Under the pieces are notes generated by a model, which made no database searches, had not been told where the DNA came from, and saw only the letters and a program-made list of their open reading frames with translations. Shown here piece by piece: positions 50,482 through 61,577 of a stretch of DNA of 64,000 nucleotides (its first letter is position 1; each line of letters begins with the position of its first letter). The stretch covers positions 171,074,107 through 171,138,106 of the forward strand of contig NC_085844.1 in the NCBI RefSeq assembly GCF_035594765.1, read 5' to 3'. Made by a program: the position numbers and the translations under genes. The DNA is from Anolis carolinensis. Lineage: Eukaryota.

Positions 50482-51633
50482 CAGGGGTCCCCAAACTTTT
50501 TAAACGGGGGGCCAGTTCATGGTCCCTCAGACTGTTGGAGGGCTGGACTATAGTTTTTTTTAAAAAATCTATGAACAAATTCCTATGCACACTGCACATA
50601 TCTTATTTTGAAGTAAAAAACAAAACAAAAAGGGAACAAATACAGCCTCAATGTTAACAACAACAACAACAATATTCATCATCATCATCATCCTCATCAT
50701 CATAAAAATAATAAAGACGGTTGGAAGAGACCCCTTGGACCATCTACTCCAACTCCCTTTTGCCTTTGTGCACCAAAACATAATCAAAGCACCCCTGACA
50801 GATAGCCACCTAATAATAATATTAATATTAATATTAATAATAATAATACCATAATAAACATGGTTGGAAGAGACCCCTTGGGCCATCCAGTCCAACCCCC
50901 CTCTGCCTTTGTGCACCAAAACATAATCAAAGCACCCCTGACCAACAACAACAACAACAATAATACTGTAATAATCAGGGATGGAAGAGACCTCTAGCCT
51001 TCAAGAAAAATGAATCCACAACAGGGCTGCAGAGTTTTCTTTCATTCATTCACATTGGAATGACTGAGGAGGAAGGAGAGAGGCACATGCAGACTCAGTG
51101 CTTGTTTCGCTGTGCACGCACATGCCTCGCTCTAACTCTGGCTGTGTGAATTCCCTCCTTGTGTATGCGCACACGCAATGAAACAACAACGGTGGCGTGC
51201 CTGTGGTGAAAGGAAGAGGCCTCCCTCTTTATCTCGCTGCGTGAATTTACCTCCTTGTTTCGCCGCGCGCGCATCCACAAGGAGGAAGTCTGCGTGGCAA
51301 GATAAAACAGGAGGCCTCTTCCTTTCGCTACAGGCACTCCTCCGTTGTTGTTTCGCCTCCTCCATCGCTGAGGATGGTGCGCATGGGGCGAGGGAGCAGG
51401 GAAAGGTGCTTGCCTTTCCTTGCTCCCTCGCCCGCCCCGCATGCTCCTCTCCCGTCGCCGAGGAAGGAGCGCACGGGGCGAGTGAGGAGGCAGGAAAGGT
51501 GAGCACCTTTCTCTGCTCCCTTGCACCTGTGTGCCCTCCTCGGGGGAGGAGAAGGGAGCTACCGCTGCGGGGGCTGGATAAATGGCTCCAATGGGCCGCA
51601 TGTGGCCAGCGGGCCGTACTTTGGGGACTCCTG
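50482..51633. mobile_element. Non-autonomous hAT (MER30/Charlie-like ends) with captured CR1-tail repeats and GC-rich hairpins
   Basis: TIR caggggtccccaaa / tttggggactcctg; 8-bp TSD ctttagaa/ctctagaa. Confidence 0.85.
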
Positions 51634-51974
51634 CTCTAGAATTATTCAGCAGTTATTCCCAAATGTTGGTTCTCCGGTTACTGTGGAGTAAGACCACGTG
51701 ACATCAATTGGACTTTAAAAAAACCGGGTTGATGATACTAATTTGCAAAGTAAGACTTACAAAAAGAAAGCTGCATGAGCCTTTGGCCATTAATGAATGA
51801 AGAAGGCAGGGCCAGGAAGACATCTTTCCACCATGTCTCCTTTACCATCAGATGGGAACACTCCCCCTCCCCCCAGGTCTAGCTGCCATTCTGGACCAGA
51901 ATGAAGAAGGCGGGGCCAGGAAGACATCTTCCCACCATGTCTCCTGTATCAATTTAATGATATAATAATATATA

Positions 51975-52297
51975 CAGTAGAGTCTCACTTATCCAACACT
52001 CGCTTATCCAACATTCTGGATTATCCAATGCATTTTTGGAGTCAATGTTTTCAATCTATTGTGATATTTTGGTGCTAAATTCGTAAATACAGTAATTACT
52101 ACATAGCATTCCTGTGTATTGAACTACTTTTTCTGTCAGATTTGTTGTATAACATGATGTTTTGGTGCTTAATTTGTAAAATCATAACCTAATTTGATGT
52201 TTAATAGACTTTTCCTTAATCCCTCCTTATTATGCAACATATTCGCTTATCCAACGTTCTTCCGGCCCGTTTATGTTGGATAACAGAGACTCTACTG
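51975..52297. mobile_element. Tc1/mariner-pogo MITE, complete
   Basis: TA|cagtagagtctcacttatccaa ... ttggataacagagactctactg|TA. Confidence 0.9.
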
Positions 52298-52302
52298 TAA
52301 TA

Positions 52303-55173
52303 CTAGCTGTGCCCGGCCAAGCATTGCTGTGGCGAAGTATGGTGGTATGAGAAATAAAGTATTGAGGAATTGGTGGTAGTTAAGGTAAAGGGTAAACGTT
52401 GTCTCCTGACATTAAGTCCAGTCAGGTCTGACTCAGGGGGTTGGTGCTCCCATTTCTAAGCCGAAGAGCCAGCGTTGTCCGTAGACTCCTCCAAGGTCAT
52501 GTGGGATGACTGCATGGAGGGGCGTTACCTTCCCGCCGGAGCAGTACCTATTGATGCACTCACATTTGCATGTTTTTGAACTTCTGGGTTGGCAGAAGCT
52601 GGGGCTAACAGTGGGGGCTCTCTCCGCTCCCCCAATTCAAACCTGCGGCCTTTCGGTCCAGAAGTTCAGCAGCTCAGCGCTTTAACATGCTGCGCCATCG
52701 AGATATTATTTCCTAAAGGTTGTGAATATACAATATTTCTGATTGGTTTTTTTTTGTCTGTTGGAGGCAAGTATGAATGCTGCAATTAGGGAAAATGATT
52801 AGGATGTAATGGCCTTGCAGCTATAAAGCCTGGCTGTTTCCTCCCTGAGTGAATTTTTTGTTGGGAGGTGTTAGCTGGCCCTGATTGTTTCCTGTCTGGA
52901 ATTCCCTTGTTTTTAGAGTGGTGTTGTTTGCAATATTGTATGTGCTTCTACTGTCTGTGGCCCTGAGAAAACAGAGGATTTGCCAGACTTTGATGATGGG
53001 AATACTTTGTTGGGAGGTGTTAGGGTTTCCTGTGAGGAATTCCCGTTTTCAGAATGTTGTTCTTTATTTAGTGTTCTGATTTTAGAGATTGTATTGTTCT
53101 GTCTTATTATACCACATTAATTTTTATATATTCTGATTTTAGTGTTTTTGAATACTTGGAGCCAGATTGTATTCATTTTCACGGTTGACCGCAACACAAT
53201 AATAATAATGATAACCGTCGCCCCGGCTTTCAAATTGATTTGAAAACGCAGCAGAGAGTTCCGTAGACCGCAAAACAAAAGGAACGGAACGGGACCGCAG
53301 CAGACTATTATTAGGAGATCTTTTTATTTCACTTTCCCCTTCCCTGAACCATGTAACAAAATCCCCCAATAAAAGTAGCATTTATTTTAACAATAACACT
53401 CTCTATCTGGTTATTTTGTATCTTTTCTCTGACTCCTTCCTTTGCATGAAACCTCTCTCTCTCGCGTCCCTTTAACTCCGGCTGAGGTTCTCCGCCATAG
53501 ATTAACATGGCGGACGATATAAATTGGCTCATATCTCTATCAAAATTACCCCTAGAACGCTCCTCTTTTAGACCTAACCCTTTCTAAGGCTCCTGACTCG
53601 AAGACAACCAGCAGAACCGGAATCGGTCCAGTTTTCGACACCTCAACAGCTGACTGTCAAACGGGACCGACGGCTCCTTCCAAGCTAAAATGCTGCCTTA
53701 TCCCGGATTTTCCTCTCCCCGCGGAAAAGGGTTTAAGAGATACCTAGCCCCTTTCTGTGAATTGGGGATGGGGGGGATCGCTCTCTCGCTGGGGAGACAT
53801 AGTTCTCCAAGGACCCTCGCCCTCTACAGCTGCCAGGGGATGCCCGGACGGGTGCCCTCCATGTTTCATTCATACTTTTCATGGTTTTATGAAGGAGAAG
53901 AACACTCTGCCCCAGACCTACCCCTGGACTTATGAAATCTTATACTTCCAAAGACTGCAACCCACATGTGCCCCTTCCCATGCCATCTCTATGAATTCCT
54001 TATGAACTCTTTTTCCTCATGTATTTGTGAATTTCCATATTCTATGTACTTGGACACTCTCATGACTCACTGTTGTATGAATTTCCATATCGGGTTCCCC
54101 AGATGTTGTGAACTTCGTCCTTATCAAATGTTTTCTATTGCTTATATCATTCATGATTCCCCTTTATGCAATGTCACCCACCTTTATGGATTCTCCTTTA
54201 TTTCCTTGAAATCTATCTATCTGCCTATATGTATTTATACTCTTTGGGATCCCCGGAAAATATGTATTCTTCCCAGCAGGGTTTATGTTCCAACTTTATT
54301 TTAATTTTCATTTTATCCCATATAATTGTCAGATCATGAAATCAAATGGGAAATATTATGACCCCAACCTGAACTCTAGCCCTATGACCCAGACCTCCCT
54401 TCCCAAAAACAAAAGGATAATCTGCCACAGTTTAATCCAATCTCATTCCGATCGCATGGACAATATAGGGCGAGCCACCAAATTCCTAAAGGTGACTCGC
54501 CCCCAAGGCAAACATTATCATATCCCAGGCCAGGACGCCGCAGGAAGGCACCCTGTGGGGCCGTCAATGACGGCTCATCACCACCCATCACCACTTCCCG
54601 TCTGACACCCCAAAGACATATCTAAAATCTGTGAACGTGACAGGACCCCGGACATCCTTGATGGGTGTCATAAATTCCTTTAGAAATTGGCTGGGCCAGA
54701 ATTAATCTGATATTTCCTGTCCGGTCACCTCATTGTCTCAATAGCTCCCGCCTCCTCCTCTCTGATTGGCCCGAATAGGGACAAAAAGCGGCTCCCCATT
54801 GGGCCAGCAAAGCAAGGCGGGAAACGAAAGCCCGCCTCGTTCAACCTCTCAGCCTATCCGCGATCAGATGGGCGGGGAAGCGGGGCGGGAAATTCAAAGG
54901 GCTGTCAGACCGAAACATTGTATAAATATGGCTTTATTTGAAACATATGTTACGCTAGTAGATTGAATGATCGCTATTAGCGTCCTTTTCAGCTGAATTG
55001 CTCAATAAAAACTCCTTGGCGGATTTTCCTTCAACTTGGCGGACCTTCTTCATTTCAGGCTTCAGGTTGTATTGCGGCTTATATTCTTCTTTTGGCTTCG
55101 CCAAGGTCCGTTCCCTCAGGACCGGATCGGCTTCCTTCTAAAGGGGCCCGATCCCCCAAACGCGGTCGATAAC

Positions 55174-55216
<43 letters not shown>

Positions 55217-56485
55217 GTAATAATAATGACTTTGGTAATACACAGTGCTTCACTCCCTTCATAGCTTCCTTTCTGGAAGAATCCTTTCTTGGGAGGTGTT
55301 AGCTGGCCCTGATTGTTTCCTTTGTGGATTTTCCAATTTCCCTGCTTTCAGACTGTTGGTCTTTATTTACTGTCCTGGTTTTAGAGATTATATTGTTCTG
55401 CACTACTCTATCCCAGTAATTATTTCATATTAAAGTAGAATTTCACTTATCCAACATTCGCTTATACAATGTTCTGATTATCCAACGCAGTCTGCCTTTT
55501 CATAATCAATGTTTTTGTAGTCAGTGTTTTAAATTCATAGTGATATTTTAGTAGTAAATTTGTAAATACAGTACAGTAGAGTCTCACTTATCCAACATAA
55601 ACAGGCCGGCAGAATGTTGGATAAGCGAATATGTTGGATAATAAGGAGGCATTAAGGAAAAGCCTATTAAACATCAAATTAGGTTATGATTTTACAAATG
55701 AAGCACCAAACATCATGTTAGACAACAAATTTGGCAGAAAAAGTAGTTCTATATGCAGTAATGCTATGTAGTAATTACTGTATTTATGAATTTAGCACCA
55801 AAATATATATATACGATATATTGAAAACATTGACTCCAAAAATGCGTTGGATAATCAAGAATGTTGGATAAGCGAGTGTTGGATAAGTGAGACTCTACTG
55901 TAATTACTACATAGCATTACTGAGCATGGAACTACTTTTTCTGTCAAATTTGTTGTATAATATGATGTTTTGGTGCTTAATTTGTATAACAATTACCTAA
56001 TTTGATGTTTAATCGGCTTTTCCTGAATCCCTTCTTATTATCCAACACATTCACTTATCCTGCCGGCCTGTTTATGTTGGATAAGTGAGACTCTACTGTA
56101 TATTGATAATCTTATATTATCTGCTTAGAATTGGATTATATGAGGCCCCTTCTTCACAGCTGTATAAAATGCACACTGAAGTGGATTATGTGGTAGTGTG
56201 GAGTCAAGATAATCCAGTGCAAAGCAGATAAAATAAGATTATAAATGGGTTATATAGCTGTGTGGAAGGGCCTTGAGTCTACACTGCCATATAATCCAGT
56301 GCAAATTAGATAATCTGTGGAAGAGGCCTGAGGCCTAAATCTGCCTGTCCCCTGGGCTGAGTTGGTTGCTAGGAGACCAAGTGGGCAGAGATTAGTCCTC
56401 TAACTGGCAGCAATTGGATAAAAACTATTATTCGTTTCCCTCTAATTAGGACTTTATTTTTCTTTTGGTCACCGTTATATATAGA
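52303..56485 (-). mobile_element. Large composite non-autonomous Helitron (contains Sauria SINE, Penelope and MITE fragments; hosts an LTR)
   Basis: Minus strand A|TCTATATAT... to hairpin plus CTAG|T; internal patchwork shared with the other Helitrons in the window. Confidence 0.75.
53216..55168 (+). mobile_element. Long (about 1.95 kb) solo LTR of an ERV or LTR retrotransposon
   Basis: TSD ATAAC (or GATAAC) at 53211-53215 and 55169-55173; CCAAT (ctgattgg near 54762), GC boxes, TATA tgtataaat near 54919, AATAAA 55004-55009, U5-like tail. Confidence 0.75.
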
Positions 56486-56673
56486 TTATACTATACTAAT
56501 ATTATAATATATTGTATATACATTTAATATTAAAAATATTATGATGTAATACAATTTAATAATTATTATAATTCACTATTATAATTGTACTAGCTGTGCC
56601 TGGCCACGCGTTGCTGTGGCGTTGGTGAGAACTTGTTGAGGTAGTGGTGGTATTGAATGTCTGTTGTATGGTT

Positions 56674-56909
56674 GGGTTGTTGTATGTCTTTCGGGCTGTG
56701 TGGCCATGTTCCAGAAGCATTCTCTCCTGACGTTTCGCCCACATCTATGGCAGGCATCCTCAGAGGTTGTGAGGTACCTCACAACCTCTGAGGATGCCTG
56801 CCATAGATGTGGGTGAAACGTCAGGAGAGAATGCTTCTGGAACATGGCCACACAGCCCGAAAGACATACAACAACCCTGTGATCCTGGCCATGAAAGCCT
56901 TCGACAACA
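56674..56909. mobile_element. Penelope-like insertion with inverted pseudo-LTR (204-bp palindrome)
   Basis: Arms 56674-56775 and 56776-56877 differ at one position; TSD tgttgtatggtt (56662-56673, 56910-56921). Confidence 0.9.
56726..56766 (-). ncRNA. Minimal Penelope-type hammerhead ribozyme motif (mirror copy on plus strand, 56785-56825)
   Basis: ccu-CUGAGGA-U-GCCUGC cauagau GUGGGC-GAAAC-GUC-agg; palindromic ACGU replaces helix III. Confidence 0.75.
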
Positions 56910-57034
56910 TGTTGTATGGTTGTCTTTATGTTTAGCATGCATTTGGTTGTTTGTGTACTGTGAAAGTGGTGAGGATAGAGGGGTTCTATGTCCCTGTGTA
57001 ATACTGTATAGTATTTATACGTTGTCCATGTGTT

Positions 57035-57137
57035 GTGAATGCTTGGATTGTGTCTTGCTGCATAGTAGAAAGGGTTGGGCTGGATGGCCCTTAGGGGTCT
57101 CTCCAAACTCTTGGATTCTATGCTATTATTATTATTA

Positions 57138-57183
<46 letters not shown>

Positions 57184-57606
57184 CTTCATCATCATTATTA
57201 TGTAGAGGCTGGATGGCCATCTGTCAGGAGTGCTTGGATTGCGTCCTCCTGCATGGTAGAAGGAAGTTGATCTGGATGATCCTTAGAGGTCACTCCAAAC
57301 CTTAGGATTGTATGTTGTTGTTGTTGTTATTATTATTATTAGTAGTAGTATTGAGAGGCTGGGTGGCCATCTGTTGGGTGTGCTTGGATTGTGTCCTGCA
57401 TGGCAGAATTGGGTTGGGCTGGATGGCCTTTAGGGGTGTCTCCTAACTGTCTGATGCTATGATTCGATGTGTATTATTATTGTGCAGATATTGGATGGCC
57501 ATGTGTCAGGACTGGTTGGATTCTGTCCTCCTGCATGATATAAGGAAGTTGAACTGGATGCTCCTTAGGGGTATCTGCTAACCTTAGGATTGAATGATAT
57601 TCTTCT

Positions 57607-57680
<74 letters not shown>

Positions 57681-58070
57681 CATTATTATTATTATTGAGA
57701 GGCTGGCTGGCCATCTGTTGGGAGTGCTTGGATTGTATCGTCCAATGGCAGAGTTGGGTTGGACTGGATGGCCTTTAGGGGTCTCTCCTAACTGTCTGAT
57801 TCTGTGATTCGATTTGTACTATTAATGTGCAGATCTTGGATGGCCATCTGTCAGGATTGCTTGGTTTGTGTTGTCCTGCATGGCAGAAGGAAGTTGAACT
57901 GGATGATCCTTAGGGATGTCTCCTAACCTTATGATTGTATGATCTTCTTCTTCTTCTTCTTTTTCTTCTTCTTCTTCATCTTCATCTTCATCTTCTTGAG
58001 AGGCTGGGTAGCCATCTGTTGGGCATGCTTGGATTGTGTCCTTCATGGCAGAATTGGGTTGGACTGGATT
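57035..58070 (+). repeat. Tandem array of about 7 CR1-3'-end-derived units separated by trinucleotide microsatellites
   Basis: Repeated gaggctggatggccatctgtcaggagtgcttggattgtgtcctcctgcatggcagaa...ctggatg..ccttagggg..ctccaaac. Confidence 0.85.
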
Positions 58071-59019
58071 ACCACAGTAATTATTTCATATTACAGTAGA
58101 ATCTCAATTATCCAACATTCGCTTATCCAGTGTTCTGGATTATCCAACGCAGTCTTCCTTTTAGTAGTCAATGTTTTTGTAGTCAATGTTTTAAATTCAT
58201 TGTGATATTTTGGTGCTAAATTTGTAAATACAGTAATTACGACATAGCATTACTGAGCATTAAACTACTTTTTCTGTCAAATTTGTTGTATAACATGATG
58301 TTTGGTGCTTAATTTGTATAATCATTATCTAATTTGATGTTTAAACGGCTTTTCCTGAATCCCTTCTTATTATCCAACATATTCACTTATCCAACGTTCT
58401 GCCGGCCTGTTTATGTTGGATAAGTGAGACTCTACTATATATTTATGATATTATATTATCTGCTTAGAACTGGATTATATGAGGCCCCTTCTACACAGCT
58501 GTATAAAATGCACACTGAAGTGGATTATCTGGCAGTGTGGACTCAAGATAATCCAGTTCAAAGCAGATAAAATAAGATTATAAATGGGTAATATAGCTGT
58601 GTGGAAGGGCCTTGAGTCTACACTGCCATATAATCCAGTTAAAATCAGAAAATCTGTATCTTATAGGCAGTGTGGAAGAGGCCTCAGGCCTAACTGTGCC
58701 TGTCCCCTGGGCTGAGTAGGTTGCTAGGAGACCAAGTGGGCACAGTTTAGCCTTGTAACTGGCATCAATTGGATAAAAAACAATTATTCCTCTCCCTCGA
58801 ATTAGGACTTTATTTTTCTTTTCTTTTTGTTGTATGAACGTAGAGGCATGGATGAAGGGTTGTGTTGCCAAGTTTAGTGTTTCTGGGATGTGTAGTTTTG
58901 TTGTTTTGTCCTAGGCCAATTTTTTTATCCTTTTATATATAGATATATATATATATATATATCATATGCAATATTACTAATAATATTGCAATATAGAAGT
59001 ATAATATATATTGTATGTA

Positions 59020-59107
59020 TATATACTTGTAAACTGCCCTGAGTCCCCTTTGGGGTGAGAAGGGTGGGATATAAATGCCGCAAATAAATCAATCAATCAA
59101 TAAATAA
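59020..59107 (+). mobile_element. L2-like 3' tail
   Basis: gccctgagtcccctttggggtgagaagggtgggatataaat plus (AATC/AATA)n. Confidence 0.7.
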
Positions 59108-59585
59108 GCTCTCCCTAATAAAATTCATCTTTAAAAAGGCTTTACTAACTAGGACCAAACAGAGACATCGGGGTGGGAGGGAGGAATGGAACAAGTCTTA
59201 AGCATCCAGGTATGCCCTTGAGGTCATGGGGCTCTGAGTACTAAAAGTTGTTTCAAAACAAATTGAAAAGTTGAAGATGGAGAGCATTTCTCTAAGGTCC
59301 CATAGGGGACCAATATACCTCCTCAACTCCCTGTTCTATACAAAATAATTGCAGATATTTGAAGAACAGGAGTAAAATTAATTTTTTTTTTCTAGGTACA
59401 AAGAACAAAAAGCACTGTTGTCACGACAACATCCCAGAACAAATACGAACAGATACTTGTACTGACATTTCACCATTGACACTCAGACTATGAGAATGAG
59501 CTGACTGGTGGAGAAACGCAAGTTATTTGCCAAAGCAACGTGAAAATACACCAGAGAATCAACAAGCAGCACAGCAAACAGAGCA

Positions 59586-59725
59586 NNNNNNNNNNNNNNN
59601 NNNNNNNNNNNNNNNNNNNNNNNNNNNNNNNNNNNNNNNNNNNNNNNNNNNNNNNNNNNNNNNNNNNNNNNNNNNNNNNNNNNNNNNNNNNNNNNNNNNN
59701 NNNNNNNNNNNNNNNNNNNNNNNNN
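59586..59725 (-). CDS. NFIA: Probable masked NFIA penultimate exon (expected about 92 nt, YSTPSTSPANRFVSVGPRDPSFVNIPQQTQ-like)
   Basis: 140-N run in unique sequence. The minus-strand 5' flank is U/GU-rich (tgttgttttttgatgttgtttgtccgtgatttagtgctgcttc), like the approach to an acceptor. The exon is not found elsewhere in the window, and its sequence is not visible. Confidence 0.5.
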
Positions 59726-61577
59726 GAAGCAGCACTAAATCACGGACAAACAACATCAAAAAACAACAAAGCCATCTAAACAGATGCTGATGCTGAAACA
59801 TACAATGAAGTCATGTTGTCAGGACTTGGAACAACTGGATTTGAAATAATGGAGATAATCAATGTAGACATAATTAGGCAAGAGGAAATGGTCTCTCTTT
59901 TCAACATAAAGTGAGATGATGTCATACATTTGCACTAAGGCATGTCAATTTCAATAAAACTACTTTTACCTGTGGGATAAGTAATTTATAACATCCACTC
60001 CACTCATTCACAGGAACAAAGATATGATCTTCGCAGATGCTTTAAACTGATTTGCATGCATTTTATGGCAATCAGTTCATTGTTCCAAATCAGAACTCAA
60101 GGTCTGCATCCAGGGCTGACAAATCCCCTATCATTTTATTATGCGTTTGTTCTAGTAAAAATGATACACCAACAGAACATAATGCAGTGCAGTGCATTTG
60201 TTAAGTGAAAAATTATATAAATAAGCTGATATTTATAAAAAGGTATTGGCTGTGATAAGGTGCCTCTATGTTACTGAGCAACATGGTCCATGAATTCCAT
60301 TTGTTCCAGCTAGAAATCTGGAGGGTCACCATTAAAAGCTATATGAGAAACTAAACTAGAACCCTTCAAAATATACTTGGATTGAGAAGAACAATACTGA
60401 GTAGCATAGGGACATGCTGGCTAAGGGAGGCAGCAGGCAAATGTATCTTTTTTCTTGTTGCCAGAAGTCCAGTTTTTGTTTTATTTCTTCCCCTCAATTC
60501 ATTTCAATGGAACATAGCTACATTATCTCCAGGCTAATGTTATTGAATGGCCTGATCCTAGGAAATGAATGGGAAGGCTGTCTCTGATCCACCCACTGGC
60601 AAAAACATCACCAGATCTATGCCTATGGAGTTTTCTGCTGGCCTCCTCTTTGCCAGGGTAATTATTTTGTCTAACTTAACTCACTTTAATTAGTATATCT
60701 GAAAAACTGGATTGTTTTGAAACAAATGATCTCAATTTTGACTTAGTATTTCTTCACTGCTGTTTTTTTAGACCTTCACACACTTTACTATTACAAACTG
60801 TAATGTGATTTACATGACAAATTCATTTTCCGTTTGAAAAAGTATACATAAGTAAAAAAAAAAAAAGGGGGGGGGAAACACTCTCCTGTCAATGAAGATC
60901 AGGACCTTGTTTGTTGCATCATTTTTAACTAACAGAATTACTGATATCAGTAAAATAGTGATCCATCTCCCTAAATCAATGGACAAAGTCTCAACAAAAT
61001 CTAGTTTATCTTTCCCTACCTCCACAATTCCATAGTTAGGCTACCCTTTTGTTAGGTTACCAACATAGAGTAGCTGTGAGACTGCCATCGATTTGCAAGA
61101 TAGTCAACAAAATATTACTGGAAAAATGGTCAACTATTCATGTCCTATTAAAGAATTAAATTCCAGTAGGATTATGTGCTAGGAGCATGAAAATTAATAC
61201 AAAGGTAATAGTTGTTGCACTTTTCCCAAGATGAGGCAGGGGAGGAAAAACAGATAAAATATGCCATCTCAGGGAAACCTTTTCCTCTAATGGCCTACTT
61301 CCTTTACTGCTGCTATACTTGCAAGCGCAACCTCCTAAACTGGTATAATTATGCTGATGTAGTACACCAACAAGATTACAGGATGCTCTTAGGATCATAG
61401 TGACCCACCATTTTATCCCAGAAAGATAAACCAACAGATGTATAAGGTAGCTTCCTCTGTTCTTACATCTACAGGCAAGAAGGATTGTGTGGATCTGAAT
61501 AGTACAAGAAAAACGGTCCTCTTCGCTACAACTGTTGTGGAGAGCGAAAGAGCTGATTGCTTTACTATGTTCCTGGA

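Larger units (their letters stand above)
56590..58943 (-). mobile_element. Second composite non-autonomous Helitron
   Basis: Minus strand A|TCTATATATAAAAGGATAA... to gccacagcaacgcgtggcc..CTAG|T; contains a Penelope palindrome, a CR1-tail array and MITE pieces. Confidence 0.8.
9378..59585 (-). other. NFIA: NFIA last intron (about 50 kb)
   Basis: AG acceptor at 9378-9379; no other NFIA coding sequence recognised in unmasked DNA; upstream boundary inferred from the masked exon candidate. Confidence 0.6.

Noticed and set aside
51095-51639. CpG-rich region with overlapping ORFs as a gene promoter or first exon
   Set aside because: Lies wholly inside a TIR- and TSD-bounded hAT element; ORFs reflect GC-rich repeats.
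51797-51946. 45-bp direct repeat (atgaagaaggc.gggccaggaagacatctt.ccaccatgtctcct)
   Set aside because: Simple local duplication with no further structure supporting a function.
57035-58070. Repeat-spacer array resembling CRISPR
   Set aside because: Repeats are over 100 bp, derive from CR1 3' ends and have microsatellite spacers; eukaryotic DNA with no cas genes.
9378-59585. Full palindromic NFI sites (TTGGC-N5-GCCAA) for autoregulation
   Set aside because: Only half sites were seen by eye; no convincing full site, although the scan was not exhaustive.
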